Shown here: piece by piece, positions 34,489 through 45,195 of the stretch
Layout: the number at the start of each line of letters is the position of its first letter
Numbering within the stretch: position 1 is the first letter of the stretch
DNA from: Histomonas meleagridis 2922-C6/04-290x
Taxonomy: Eukaryota; Protista; Parabasalia
Assembly (NCBI GenBank): GCA_020184695.1
Contig: JAANOX010000270.1
Location: 62,001 to 126,000 of the forward strand
Length of the DNA stretch: 64,000 nt
Direction: 5' to 3'
Position numbers and translations under genes: made by a program
The notes under the pieces: model-generated
Seen by the model: the letters and a program-made list of their open reading frames with translations, nothing else
Told to the model about the DNA's origin: nothing
Databases searched by the model: none

Positions 34489-36383
34489 TTATTTGATTAG
34501 GGAACTTTTATCAATTCCTTCTTGTTCAAGAAGTAATTTAACGATTTCTGTATAACCATTATCAGATGCATACATAAGTGCTGTTTGAAATATTTCGAAT
34601 AATTTCCAAATATTATTTTGAAATATAAAATTATTAAAATAAATATTAAATAAAACAAATAAATATTTTGAGCATCCATATCAATTCCTTCTTGTTCAAG
34701 AAGTAATTTAACTATTTCTGTATGACCATTTAAAGATGCATTAATAAGTGCTGTATTAAATGAATTAAATAATTTCCAAATATTATTTTGAAATATAAAA
34801 TTATAAAAACAAATATTAAATAAAACAAACAAATATCTTTAGCATTAATATCAATTCCCTCTTGTTCAAGAAGTAATTTAACTATTTCTGTATGACCATT
34901 TAAAGATGCATTAATAAGTGCTGTTTGAAATAATTTAAATAATTTCCATATATTATTTTGAAATATAAAATTATAAAAACAAATATTAAATAAAACAAAC
35001 AAATATCTTTAGCATTAATATCAATTCCTTTTTGTTCTAGAAGTAATTTAACTATTTCTGTATAACCTTTTAAAGATGCCCAAATAAGTCCCGTTCTAAA
35101 TAATTTAAACAATTTCCAAATATTATTTTGAAATAAGAAATTATTAAAATAAATATAAAATAAAACAAATAAATATCTTTAACATTAATATTAATACTTT
35201 CGTGTTCTAAAATATATTTAACAAGTTCAAAGTTTCCTGAACGTGCTGAAAAAACTAAAATATCTTTTGGAATTTGATTATGTTGAAGAAAATGTTTAAC
35301 AAGAAAAATATTTCCAAAGTCTGCTGATACATTAATAATATCATCATTAATTTTCATTCCTTCTTTTTGCAAAAATGAGAAAATTTCAAAATTAAAATAT
35401 GAAACACAATTCTTTCCTAATTCTTCCAAAATATTTTTTTTATTTGCGCCAACAATATATTGAATAACATTATTTTCACCAAATTTTTCTAATTTTTTTT
35501 CATAAATATATTTGAAGATATCATTTCGTTGAAACTTAATTGCTGTTTCATATGCATTTTGAAAAGATGAATGATTTTGTTCACATAAATGAATTATTTC
35601 TTCATTTCCACCTGCAACTGCATATTGACCTGTATTTGATAAATTTGCACCATTCATAAGTAAATATTTAAAACATTTAACAGATCCAAAGAATGCTGCA
35701 TAATTAATTAATGAAGCATAATTATTAACGAAAGAACATCTTTCATAAGGTGATGGTTCAATTGTTTGATCAAAATCAAAATCTTCTTGAGATGAAATTT
35801 CTTGAAGTTTTTCTATTTCATCATTTCGAATTATTTTTGTTATTTCATTTGGGTTATGTCCATCTTCAATTAATTTTTTATGAAGTTCAAAATCATTCTT
35901 TGATAGTTCTTCATAATTATCTGTTATAAATTTAACAGATTCATAATATTCTAAATCTTTAATTTTTTCATTTGTCATGTATTGAAGAAAATACCCACCA
36001 TGAAAGTTTATATCCCTAGTGCAAATGTTATCTAATATTTTCTTATCGATTAATTTACTTTCAATCATTTTAGTAATCATATAATGGAATTCTTGCCTGT
36101 TTTCATTATCATAAAAATGTGCATATATATAAATATCAAAAATATCAATTTCTTTTAGAAAGCTCATTTCCAATTTTTGAATTTCTTTGAGAAAATTCAA
36201 ATACAAATCAATTTCTTTCTCTCGCAAAACTAGAGCCGCATGTGTAATTCTAACTATAAGTAAATTAAAAGAGAATGGATAAGTATTACTAAATTTGTCA
36301 ACGATTGATTTTGCAGATTGTTCAATATTTTCTTTGTTTAGGTTAAAGATTAAATTTTTAATAAATAGTAGTAGATCCCACAT
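34489..36383 (-). CDS. DUF3447-type ankyrin-repeat gene (locus B) with four 80-nt cassette linkers
   Basis: ORF 35070..36383 has the family motifs. Linkers at 35095-35174, 34925-35004, 34755-34834 and 34585-34664 (170-nt period) separate 90-nt ankyrin blocks. The last block ends ...EQEGIDKSSLIK* at 34489. Confidence 0.82.
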
Positions 36384-36716
36384 CGTATATGGCTGTCAAA
36401 AAGGCCTTTCATTCAATTTTTGAATTAACGGTTATTTTAAATGAACGAAATTTATTTACAAGTCACTTTTTCAATTTCAATGCGTAAGGAGAACACTGGA
36501 TATTTCTCTTTAATCTCTTATTCAAATATAGTAAAAGGAGATAAATTGACCCAAATAGTCAATATTCCGCATAATATTAATCCATCATATCATGACACTC
36601 AAGAACCAATGACTGTTGATACATTCACTGTTCGTATTCAAAATTTTGAATTTTAAATAATGATTTTATTGGTTATGCAGCAAACCTTTGAAGATTTTAT
36701 TAATTTATCATTTTTT

Positions 36717-37200
36717 GCAAGTAGCACAACAGGATGGGTTACAAAAATATTTATCGATATTATGCCTTAATATTTGTATCCGAAGTATTGTATCATAGGC
36801 TTCAGATGAATCTTTACTTCTATTCGTTGATGGGCATCCTTCAAGATGGGATTTTAAAGCTAATTTAATTTTTTGGTTATTCAATATTGATGTTATTTCA
36901 TTTCCGGGTCATTGTTCGAATTTACTGCAAATGTTCGATGTTGTCATTGCAAGTCTCCTTAAAAAAAGAATTAGTACTATAAAAACTCATTTGAACGCTT
37001 TTTAAATACATTAAATATAAGTAGCTTAAAAGAATTTCAAAAACTGGATAATTAAGAATATTATTAATTTTCAGTTTTATTACAGCAATGCAAGGAACAT
37101 TAACAACAAAGAATTCTTTAAAAAGTTTCAGTAAAATAGGAATTTTTCCTTTTAATCCAACTGTCCCTCTTAAAAACTATTATGCAATGGATCCTCCAGA
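36717..37200 (+). mobile_element. Degenerate pogo/Tigger-like DDE_1 transposase remnant
   Basis: Fragments ASSTTGWVTK, LLLFVDGHPSRW...VISFPGHCSNLLQMFDVVIASLLKK and KSFSKIGIFPFNP fit the DDE_1 pattern; broken by frameshifts and stops. Confidence 0.75.
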
Positions 37201-38099
37201 GGTATCTTCAAAGGAGCTACTCTAAACCAAGTGCTAAATGGTTAGCAAGCGAAGAATCTTTATGTCAAATGATTATGGAAGAAAATAATCGACCAATGAC
37301 AAATGAAGATTTTTAAATTTCGATACATAGAAGAATGGAAGAACTTAGGAATGCAACTCTCGAGCAAGTAATTCCATCAACATCAGATCCGGATATACTA
37401 TGCATTACACAAAAAAACATTTTCAATATTTAATGAAAATAACTATTTAAATCAATAAACAAGTCTGAATTTAATTTTATGTATTTGACGGAATTCAAAA
37501 AAAATTTTTTATGTAAAATTAATTTTGTGATTTCGAAAAAATATCAAAAATATTTGAAACAACATATGCGCTATAATATCTATTGGGTACTTGCTTTGTT
37601 TTGTGAGTAAAAACTATGCAATACATATACAAATAAATTTGTTTCTATAAAGGTCTCTGTGTTCATACAGTGCATGTTTGGTAATTTATCTTATAGTATG
37701 ATAAATTCAAAATTGAATCAATAATTGGATAATCTTGTAAATAAAAAAATAAATTTAAAACCTCTAATTTATTAATAATATAATCCGCAGAGTGCAACGT
37801 GTCAAATTATATTTATATGTTGTGGCCTTAATCAACAAATCCACTTGTTGCAATACAGTCAATGGTTCTGTATTTTCGAAGTCCAATGCATATATTTAAT
37901 CGGAAATTCCTTTGACAAAAATCATGATTTTTGATAGATTCAATTGTTTAGTATTTTTTCCTTTTTTCTTACCTAAAGTTTATTCCTTTATAACTACAAA
38001 TACAGAAATTATTTGATTCATTTAAATAAAAGAAATCTCCTTTTGAAAATTGTTCTCTGATAAATATTTCCTAAGTTGGCCAACGCATGGGGAAAGTGG

Positions 38100-38520
38100 T
38101 GTAGTTGAAATAATAAAATTTTGTGATTTATAAGAAAATTTGGAAAGTATTTTCAATATATTTTACTCCACTTATTTGGGTATCTATTAATGGACATAAA
38201 AAAATAGTTCAAATATTACTTAAACAAAAAAGCATTGATATTAATGCCAAAAATTTATGCTTTTTCTTATATTATATTTATATGAATCTTTTTATATTTC
38301 CAAATTATTTTTGAAAACAGCTCTTATAAAAGCAATTGAAAATGAACATGTTAAAAATGATAATATTGATATGAATATTAATGATTTAAATGATTTTCAT
38401 ATTAAATATTCAAAATTTTAACATAATTTTTGGAATTTATTAAAATTAAAAGAAACGGCTCTTATTCATTCAACTAAAAAAGAAAACACAGAAATTGTCA
38501 AATTACTACAAAATATAAAC
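38100..38520 (+). pseudogene. Decayed ankyrin repeats with cassette linkers (locus E, + strand)
   Basis: TPLIWVSINGHKKIVQILLKQKSIDINAKN, TALIKA and ETALIH fragments. GGA-[17 nt]-NNN-ACN spacing is retained twice; the other spacers are irregular. Confidence 0.7.
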
Positions 38521-38849
38521 GAAAAAAGGGTAAAAAAGAAAATATTTTATGTATGAAAATGTTTTTGTATTTAAATAGATCCGTCTTTTTTTCAAAATGT
38601 TCAACAACACATTACAAAGATACATATTTTTTCAAACGAAATTGATGTAAATTTACCTTACCAAAATATATGAAGTGATAATAATATTTTTGAAATATTA
38701 GAAAATCAAAAAAGACTAGTTCTGATATCTTCCCATTATAACTACGGCTGAATTTCGTAAGAATAATGTCGTTTTACATCTGCAAAATTTGAATGATAAT
38801 TAATTTTTTCCAACGTTTAAATATTTAAAAAACAAATTTAAAATATTTT

Positions 38850-40916
38850 TTGCTAAACAATTACAGGAGATCAATTGATAATAGTATCAAAAGGATCGTA
38901 GTTAGTCACAGGCCTTCTTCTTGTAGGACATCTCTTAAACCAAAAATTTTACCTCTTTCCTATAAAACTGATATCGACCTTGAAGATGCCCGCCAAGTCT
39001 ATATAAAAAAATGTGAAGGGCTTGATGTACCAAAAAATGCCAATTCAGAAAATCGATTTATTGAGCAATTCATGTCATCTATAAAAAATAAATCGTTATT
39101 ATTTTGTAATCAGGCACTAGGTCCTTTTGGTATTTTAGCGCTTCTTGATATTATTTCTAAAACAAAGAAATATGTTTTACTTGATTTATCCATGAATCGT
39201 GCAATTGATCAAGGTGCATTCTATATTTCGCAATTTCTATCAACAGACCCACCTATCATCAGCTTAATTCTCAGGTCAAATTCGATTTCTATTGAAGGAT
39301 CTATTACTCTTTTTCAAAGTCTTCACCAAAATACACATCTTGCATTTTTAGATTTATCGGCTATTGATGGGATTGAACGAAATCGCATGGGTACGCAAGG
39401 TTGCAAAGAACTTATGGATTTATTACTTGTTAACCAAGTTCTTTCTCATTTAAACATCTCAATGTGTGGAGTAACCGTTGAAGGCTGCACTTTTTTGGCA
39501 AATGCATTATCAAAAAGTTCATCACTTATTTCACTTGACATTTCAGGAAATAACATCACTTCACAAGGAGCAATAAATCTTTTTTCTAATGAAGGCTGTT
39601 TTGGGAATCTTGAATATCTTAATTTATCTAAGAATCAAATTGGTGATAAATTTTCTAATATTTTATGTAAGCAAATATCATTAAATAATACACTTAATTC
39701 ATTAGACTTAAGTAATAATAATTTAACAAAAATTACACTTAAGAAATTTATAAAATCAATTAAAGGGAAAACATCATTACAACATTTATCATTATCGAAT
39801 AATAAATTAAATGAAGAATGCTCCGAACTTTTATATTGGTTAATAAGTGAAAACAATTCGCTTTTAAGTTTAAATTTATCCGGAAATATCTTAAAAGATA
39901 AGTCAATACTTCGAATATCAGAAGCATTACTTACTAATAAGGCATTACTAAATATAGATATAAGCGAAACACGAATGACTGATATAAGTTCAATTACATT
40001 TTCGAATGTAATTACACAAAATAAAACACTTCAAAGATTAATACTTAATGGAAATAATATCACTGATAAAAGTGCAATTCCAATTGCAAAATCACTTATC
40101 AATAATTCGACGTTACTTCAATTATCACTTAAGAACAACGAAATGAAAGATGAATCAGCAAATGCATTTGTCGAATCATTAAAACAAAATCAAGTTATTA
40201 TTGATATCGATTGTGATTTTAATGATTTCTCTTATAAATCTCATTGTAAACTTATTAAAGCTATTAATGAACATAAGAAAAAGTTGACAATGAATTCTTA
40301 TATGGCTACAAATAGACGTATTAAAGTATTAAAAGAAAAAGAATTAAAATTGTTTCAATTAAAAGAAGATTTAAAAGAACGTTTCGATTCCGTTAAACAA
40401 AATCGTTTAGAAAACGAACAAAAAGAAAAAGAAATAAAACAATTTATTGATGAAAGAGAAAAAACTATAATTGAAAATGGTCAAAAACTTGAACAATTAA
40501 AAATTGATTATAATGAAATATGTGAAAAACGAAAACAACAAATCATTGAATATAATAAACTAAAATTAGAAATAGATAATGAACAAAAGTCAACAAATAA
40601 TATGTTAAATGATATAACAACCAAAAAAAATCACGCTAAATATCGATTAAAAAGAGTGAAAAATAAAAAAAGTGAAGCGGAATTACATTCAAATCATATT
40701 ATCGACGATTTGAAATTACATTTATTGTCATCAAGAGCACATTTAAGTACTGTAATTAATGAAGCAAAAGAAATACAAAAAGAAATTATAAAAGAACAAA
40801 AGGAAAAAGAAGAACAATTAATTGAACAACAAAACGCTATAATCGCTGCACGAAACATTAAAACGATTAAAACTCCTTTAATGAAAGAAAGAAAGAAATT
40901 ATCAAAAACAAAATAA
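38850..40916 (+). CDS. Ribonuclease-inhibitor-type LRR protein with C-terminal coiled coil
   Basis: Repeated LxxLxLSxNxI (LISLDISGNNI, LEYLNLSKNQI, LQRLILNGNNI) and a K/E-rich tail. The start codon is uncertain (TTG in the track). Confidence 0.8.
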   Translation: MLNNYRRSIDNSIKRIVVSHRPSSCRTSLKPKILPLSYKTDIDLEDARQVYIKKCEGLDVPKNANSENRFIEQFMSSIKNKSLLFCNQALGPFGILALLDIISKTKKYVLLDLSMNRAIDQGAFYISQFLSTDPPIISLILRSNSISIEGSITLFQSLHQNTHLAFLDLSAIDGIERNRMGTQGCKELMDLLLVNQVLSHLNISMCGVTVEGCTFLANALSKSSSLISLDISGNNITSQGAINLFSNEGCFGNLEYLNLSKNQIGDKFSNILCKQISLNNTLNSLDLSNNNLTKITLKKFIKSIKGKTSLQHLSLSNNKLNEECSELLYWLISENNSLLSLNLSGNILKDKSILRISEALLTNKALLNIDISETRMTDISSITFSNVITQNKTLQRLILNGNNITDKSAIPIAKSLINNSTLLQLSLKNNEMKDESANAFVESLKQNQVIIDIDCDFNDFSYKSHCKLIKAINEHKKKLTMNSYMATNRRIKVLKEKELKLFQLKEDLKERFDSVKQNRLENEQKEKEIKQFIDEREKTIIENGQKLEQLKIDYNEICEKRKQQIIEYNKLKLEIDNEQKSTNNMLNDITTKKNHAKYRLKRVKNKKSEAELHSNHIIDDLKLHLLSSRAHLSTVINEAKEIQKEIIKEQKEKEEQLIEQQNAIIAARNIKTIKTPLMKERKKLSKTK

Positions 40917-40981
40917 AAAAAATGATCTTGAAAAACCGTTAAAATATTGTGAAGTTTACAAATGTCACTTTTATCACTGCT

Positions 40982-41130
40982 TCAAGTAAATTGTTGTATA
41001 ATCCATTTAAACATTTCATTTATGCCTTCACCAGTTTTTGCACTTGTTTCAAAATACTTAGCGTTAAGTTTCGTTGCCATTTCCATTCCTTCTGTCCAAG
41101 TCAATTTAGTTACCACATAAACAAACAACT
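40982..41130 (-). pseudogene. Rab-like small GTPase 3' fragment
   Basis: VVCLCGN*IDL (G4 with Lys changed to TAA), then a frameshift, then KYFETSAKTGEGINEMF. Confidence 0.7.
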
Positions 41131-41423
41131 TTGTTAAATTGTGTAAACATTTCATTATAATATGTTATATCATTAAATGTTTTTCTGTGCATTAATAGAA
41201 AGATTTCTGTCGAGCAATTTTATGTCTAAATCGAAATTTCGATATTTGGGCTCGAATCAAATAGTTCAATTTTTGTGTGACAAAAATTTTTGATATACAT
41301 CCAATTGTAGCTAACATCATATATTTAAATCTGTTATGTAAAAAATATTATACAAATTAAATTTTTGTTGAATAAAAGGCATTGATGAGAAAAAACTTAC
41401 AAATTTTATATTTTCCTTTTGAT

Positions 41424-41639
41424 TTAAATAGTTCCATTTCCTTTAAATGGTGGATCAAGGATACATAACTCATAAAGAATACATCCCATCAATCAAATGT
41501 CTGTTTTAAAATCATATCCTTTAAAACCAACAAGTTCAGGTGACATGTAGTGTGGCGTTCCGATGAATGTGTTACATTGTTGATGAACAGTTTCAAGTGT
41601 TTTGACATCATCAAGATCACCAATTCTGATTATATCATT
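41424..41639 (-). pseudogene. Protein kinase C-lobe fragment (NEK-like)
   Basis: IRIGDLDDVKTL...TFIGTPHYMSPEL...KTDI*LMGCILYELC...PPF; in frame directly after the stop codon of ankyrin locus C. Confidence 0.75.
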
Positions 41640-43738
41640 TCATAATTTATTATTTCCTTCTTGAAATATTTTAACTAATTCTATATCACCTTTTTCTGAT
41701 GCATAGGTGAATGCCGTTTTAAATATTACAAATAATTTCCAAATATTCTTTTAAAATATCAAATTCTTAAAATAAAATTTAAATAAAACAAATATATGTT
41801 TTTAGAATCAATATCAATTCCTTTTTGTTCAAGAAGTAATTTAACTATTTCTGTACGACCATTTGAAGATGCCCAAATAAGTGCTGTATTAAATAATCTG
41901 AATAATTTCCAAATATTATTCAAAAATATAAAAACATTAAAATAAATATAAAATAAAATAAATAAATATCTTTAGCATTAATATCAATTCCTTTTTGTTC
42001 AAGAAGTAATTTAACTATTTCTGTACGACCATTTGAAGATGCCCAAATAAGTGCTGTATTAAATAATCTGAATAATTTCCAAATATTATTCAAAAATATA
42101 AAAACATTAAAATAAATATAAAATAAAATAAATAAATATCTTTAGCATTAATATCAATTCCTTCTTGTTCAAGAAGTAATTTAACTGTTTCTGTATGACC
42201 TTCACAAGATGCCCAAATAAGTGCTGTATTAAATAATTTAAATAAATTTCAAATATTATTTTGAAATGAGAAATTATTAAAATAAGTATCAAATAAAACA
42301 ATTAAATATCTTTATCATTAATATCAATTCCTTCTTGTTGAAGTAGTAATTTAACTATTTCTGTATAACCTTTTATAGATGCTTCCATAAGTGCTGTATA
42401 AAATAATTTAAATAATTTCCAAATATTGTTTAAAAATATAAAAATATTAAAATAAATAGCTTTAGTATTAATATCAATTCCTTCTTGTTCTAAAATATAA
42501 TCAACAAGTTCAATATTTCTTGATACAGATGAATGAACCAAAATATTCACAGGAATCTTATTTGATTTAAGAAAATATTTAACAAGATATATGTTACCAG
42601 TTCCTGCTGATTCATTAATAATATCATCATTAATTTTCATTCCTTCTGCAAACAAATCTGCTAATATCTCATAATTACAATATCGAATACATATTCTTCC
42701 TAATTCTTCTAAACTAGTAATTTCTTCCAATTTATTTTCATAAATATATTTAAAGATATCATTTCGATGAAATTCTATTGCTGCTTCATATGCACCTTCA
42801 AATGTTGAATGATTTCGTTCACATAAATGAATTATCTCAAGATTTCCACCAGCAACTGCATATTTACCTGTTTTTTCAACATTAGAACCATTCATAAGTA
42901 AATATTTAAAACATTTAACTGATGAAAAAAATGCAGCATAATCAATTAATGTAACATCTCTTTTATTAACAAATGAACATCTTTCATAATACGAAAATTT
43001 AATAAGCTGATTAAAATCAAAATTTGTTTGTGATGATATTTCTTGAAGTTTTTTTATTTCATCATTTCTAATTATTTTTGCTATTTCACCTGGATTAACT
43101 CCTTCTTTAGCATATTTTTTCTGAAGTTCAAAATCATTCGCTGATAGGTCTTCCAAATGAAGATTTTCATTTGTTAATAATACATTTATTTTATTTAAGT
43201 ATTTCGAAGACATGTAATGCAAAAAATATGGGTCAAAAATATCTTGTACAAGTTTTGGTTCAACAAAATTTTGTTCAATCAAATTTTCAAGAAAATAAAT
43301 TGATTCTCTTGTATTTTTGTCAACAAGAAAATTTATGAACACATCGGAAAATTTTGATTTATTACCATTGTTTTTTTCTAATATATCAAATTGCTTTATA
43401 AAATTGAAATATAAAGAAAATTCATTGTTTTTTAGAGTAAACGCAGTGCATATTAAATTACTAATAAGTATGTGAAAAGACAATGGATAATTTTCATCGA
43501 ATTTATTGATGATTGAATCGGCGCATTGAATAATATTTTCTTCTTTTAGTCCGAAAATAATTTTCTTTAAAGATATGAATTTTTCAAATTCATTATAATA
43601 TTTATTTATTATTTTTTGCTTGCATTGCTCCATTGGGATAATGAGGAACAAAATGAAATAAACGGTTTCTAAATCAAACATTAAATAGGAAATCCCAACA
43701 TAAGAAATGGACCTAACACAAAAAATGGTTTGTTCCAT
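41640..43738 (-). CDS. DUF3447-type ankyrin-repeat gene (locus C) with five cassette linkers
   Basis: ORF 42302..43738 (alternative ATG 43633). Linkers at 42398-42457 (60 nt), 42228-42307, 42058-42137, 41888-41967 and 41718-41797 (80 nt each). Terminal block 41717-41640 reads TAFTYASEKGDIELVKIFQEGNNKL*. Confidence 0.82.
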
Positions 43739-44177
43739 CTCAATGTGTGAATAACAGTTTTTAAATAGTTTTTGCTCTATTCAATCAAAATGAAAATAAT
43801 TATTTCAAAATTCCGCATTTTAATAAAACATACTTTAGGATATACCTTAATTAACTACAACTTAACAGCATATAAATTTTATGATTTTATTTGTGAAGAT
43901 TAAATTTCAGTCAATCTTATGATTATATATATTTTGATATTATTCCAGATTTTGATTGTAACTTTGATTTGTTAGCATTCTCTTTTCTCTCACTTTAGTG
44001 TACAATTTCTTGATTCTTATTTGTTCAAATCATTTGCCGAAATTTCCAAATTGAATGAAAAATTTTTAGTCGAACGTTCTAAACTTTAAAATTTTTGTCA
44101 AATTCGTTTTCTTTGAAAAGCAAACAAAGCGCCCAAATTTTGTGAGTTTTGTATTGGCCGGCCATTTTTTAAATCAA

Positions 44178-44984
44178 ATGGGCTCGAAAGAAGAACCCAA
44201 AGAGGATTTACCTCAATATTGGGATTTGCTTTCTTGCGCTGACCGAAATGGGTACAACAATTTAAAAATGACATTTAATGCAAGCTCAATAAGAAGAAAC
44301 AGAGGACATGGAATTGAAACATTTGATGGAATTTTAGAAGCAATAAGAAGATATGCAGAACAAAGAAACGATAATGATTGGAAGCGTTTTTTGGTGTGTG
44401 GTGTTTGTTGGATGGATCAAGCTATTGCAATAAATACAAGGCAATTAAGAAAACTTATTTCAAAGTGTAAATCATCTATTAATGGTTCCTTACAAAAGCT
44501 TGGATACCTTACAAACACTTCTCATTCAGAATCGTGGAAAATTCTTTTTGCTAGAATTCCTTTGTTAAAAGATAATTTTACTGAAATCAGGCAGTGGACA
44601 ATACGTTACAAAGTTTCACCGGGAATAGCAATTCAGAATGAAAATACACAGAATAAAATTAATCATAAAATTTTAATAATGCAACAGCCTCCAAATATTA
44701 ATACAGTTGTTCACCCACTCCAAACAGATATGAACTTTATTCAATTTCCAGTAAATGTACCAAATGACCCAATTAAGAAAGAAATTTTATCAGATATGAA
44801 TCGTGAGCAATTTTCACTTCAAAACAACAATATGACACAAATTGCACCTTTAAGACCTCCATATACTTCAGAACAGCAAGAAGAAACAAAAGAGAAAATT
44901 ACAAATGTACAACAAATCCAGATTTGCCCACTAAAGTTTCGTGCCAAGTTTATGCAGTCGGGGCAGGTTAGCGTTAGAAGTTAA
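44178..44984 (+). CDS. IBP39-type initiator-binding-domain (IBD) protein
   Basis: DWKRFLVCGVCWMDQAIAINTRQLRKLISKCKSSINGSLQKLGY matches the trichomonad IBD family. First ATG at 44178. Confidence 0.85.
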   Translation: MGSKEEPKEDLPQYWDLLSCADRNGYNNLKMTFNASSIRRNRGHGIETFDGILEAIRRYAEQRNDNDWKRFLVCGVCWMDQAIAINTRQLRKLISKCKSSINGSLQKLGYLTNTSHSESWKILFARIPLLKDNFTEIRQWTIRYKVSPGIAIQNENTQNKINHKILIMQQPPNINTVVHPLQTDMNFIQFPVNVPNDPIKKEILSDMNREQFSLQNNNMTQIAPLRPPYTSEQQEETKEKITNVQQIQICPLKFRAKFMQSGQVSVRS

Positions 44985-45133
44985 TCCTGTGTTTATATTT
45001 TTCGAAATAAATTATATTTTCGATATTTTTTTATGATCATAAAAACCCATTCTTCAACTTCTAGTAATATTAAGAATTATATGGATTTGTTTCTTTTTGT
45101 GTTTTACATGATTTTTTTATGCAAAAATTTTAA

Positions 45134-45143
45134 AAAAGTGACA
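45134..45143 (+). promoter_or_regulatory. AAAAGTGACA upstream motif
   Basis: ~50 nt upstream of ATG 45196; recurrent in the window. Confidence 0.35.
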
Positions 45144-45195
45144 ATATTTAGAGGTTTTGACACATCAAATTTTTGATGTTTATATTAATAATCAA

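Noticed and set aside
34585-35174. One programmed -1 frameshift per repeat as the explanation
   Set aside because: It fits the 80-nt linkers' frame but inserts ~23 hydrophobic residues into each loop. It fails in locus A, where lengths fall in all three frames and TAA TAA precedes each block in frame.
41886-41975. Linkers as GT...AG introns on the + strand (GTATT...CTTTAG)
   Set aside because: This is antisense to the ankyrin frame. The GT and AG come from the Thr and Ala-Lys codons, removal would delete conserved residues, and locus A linkers lack the AG.
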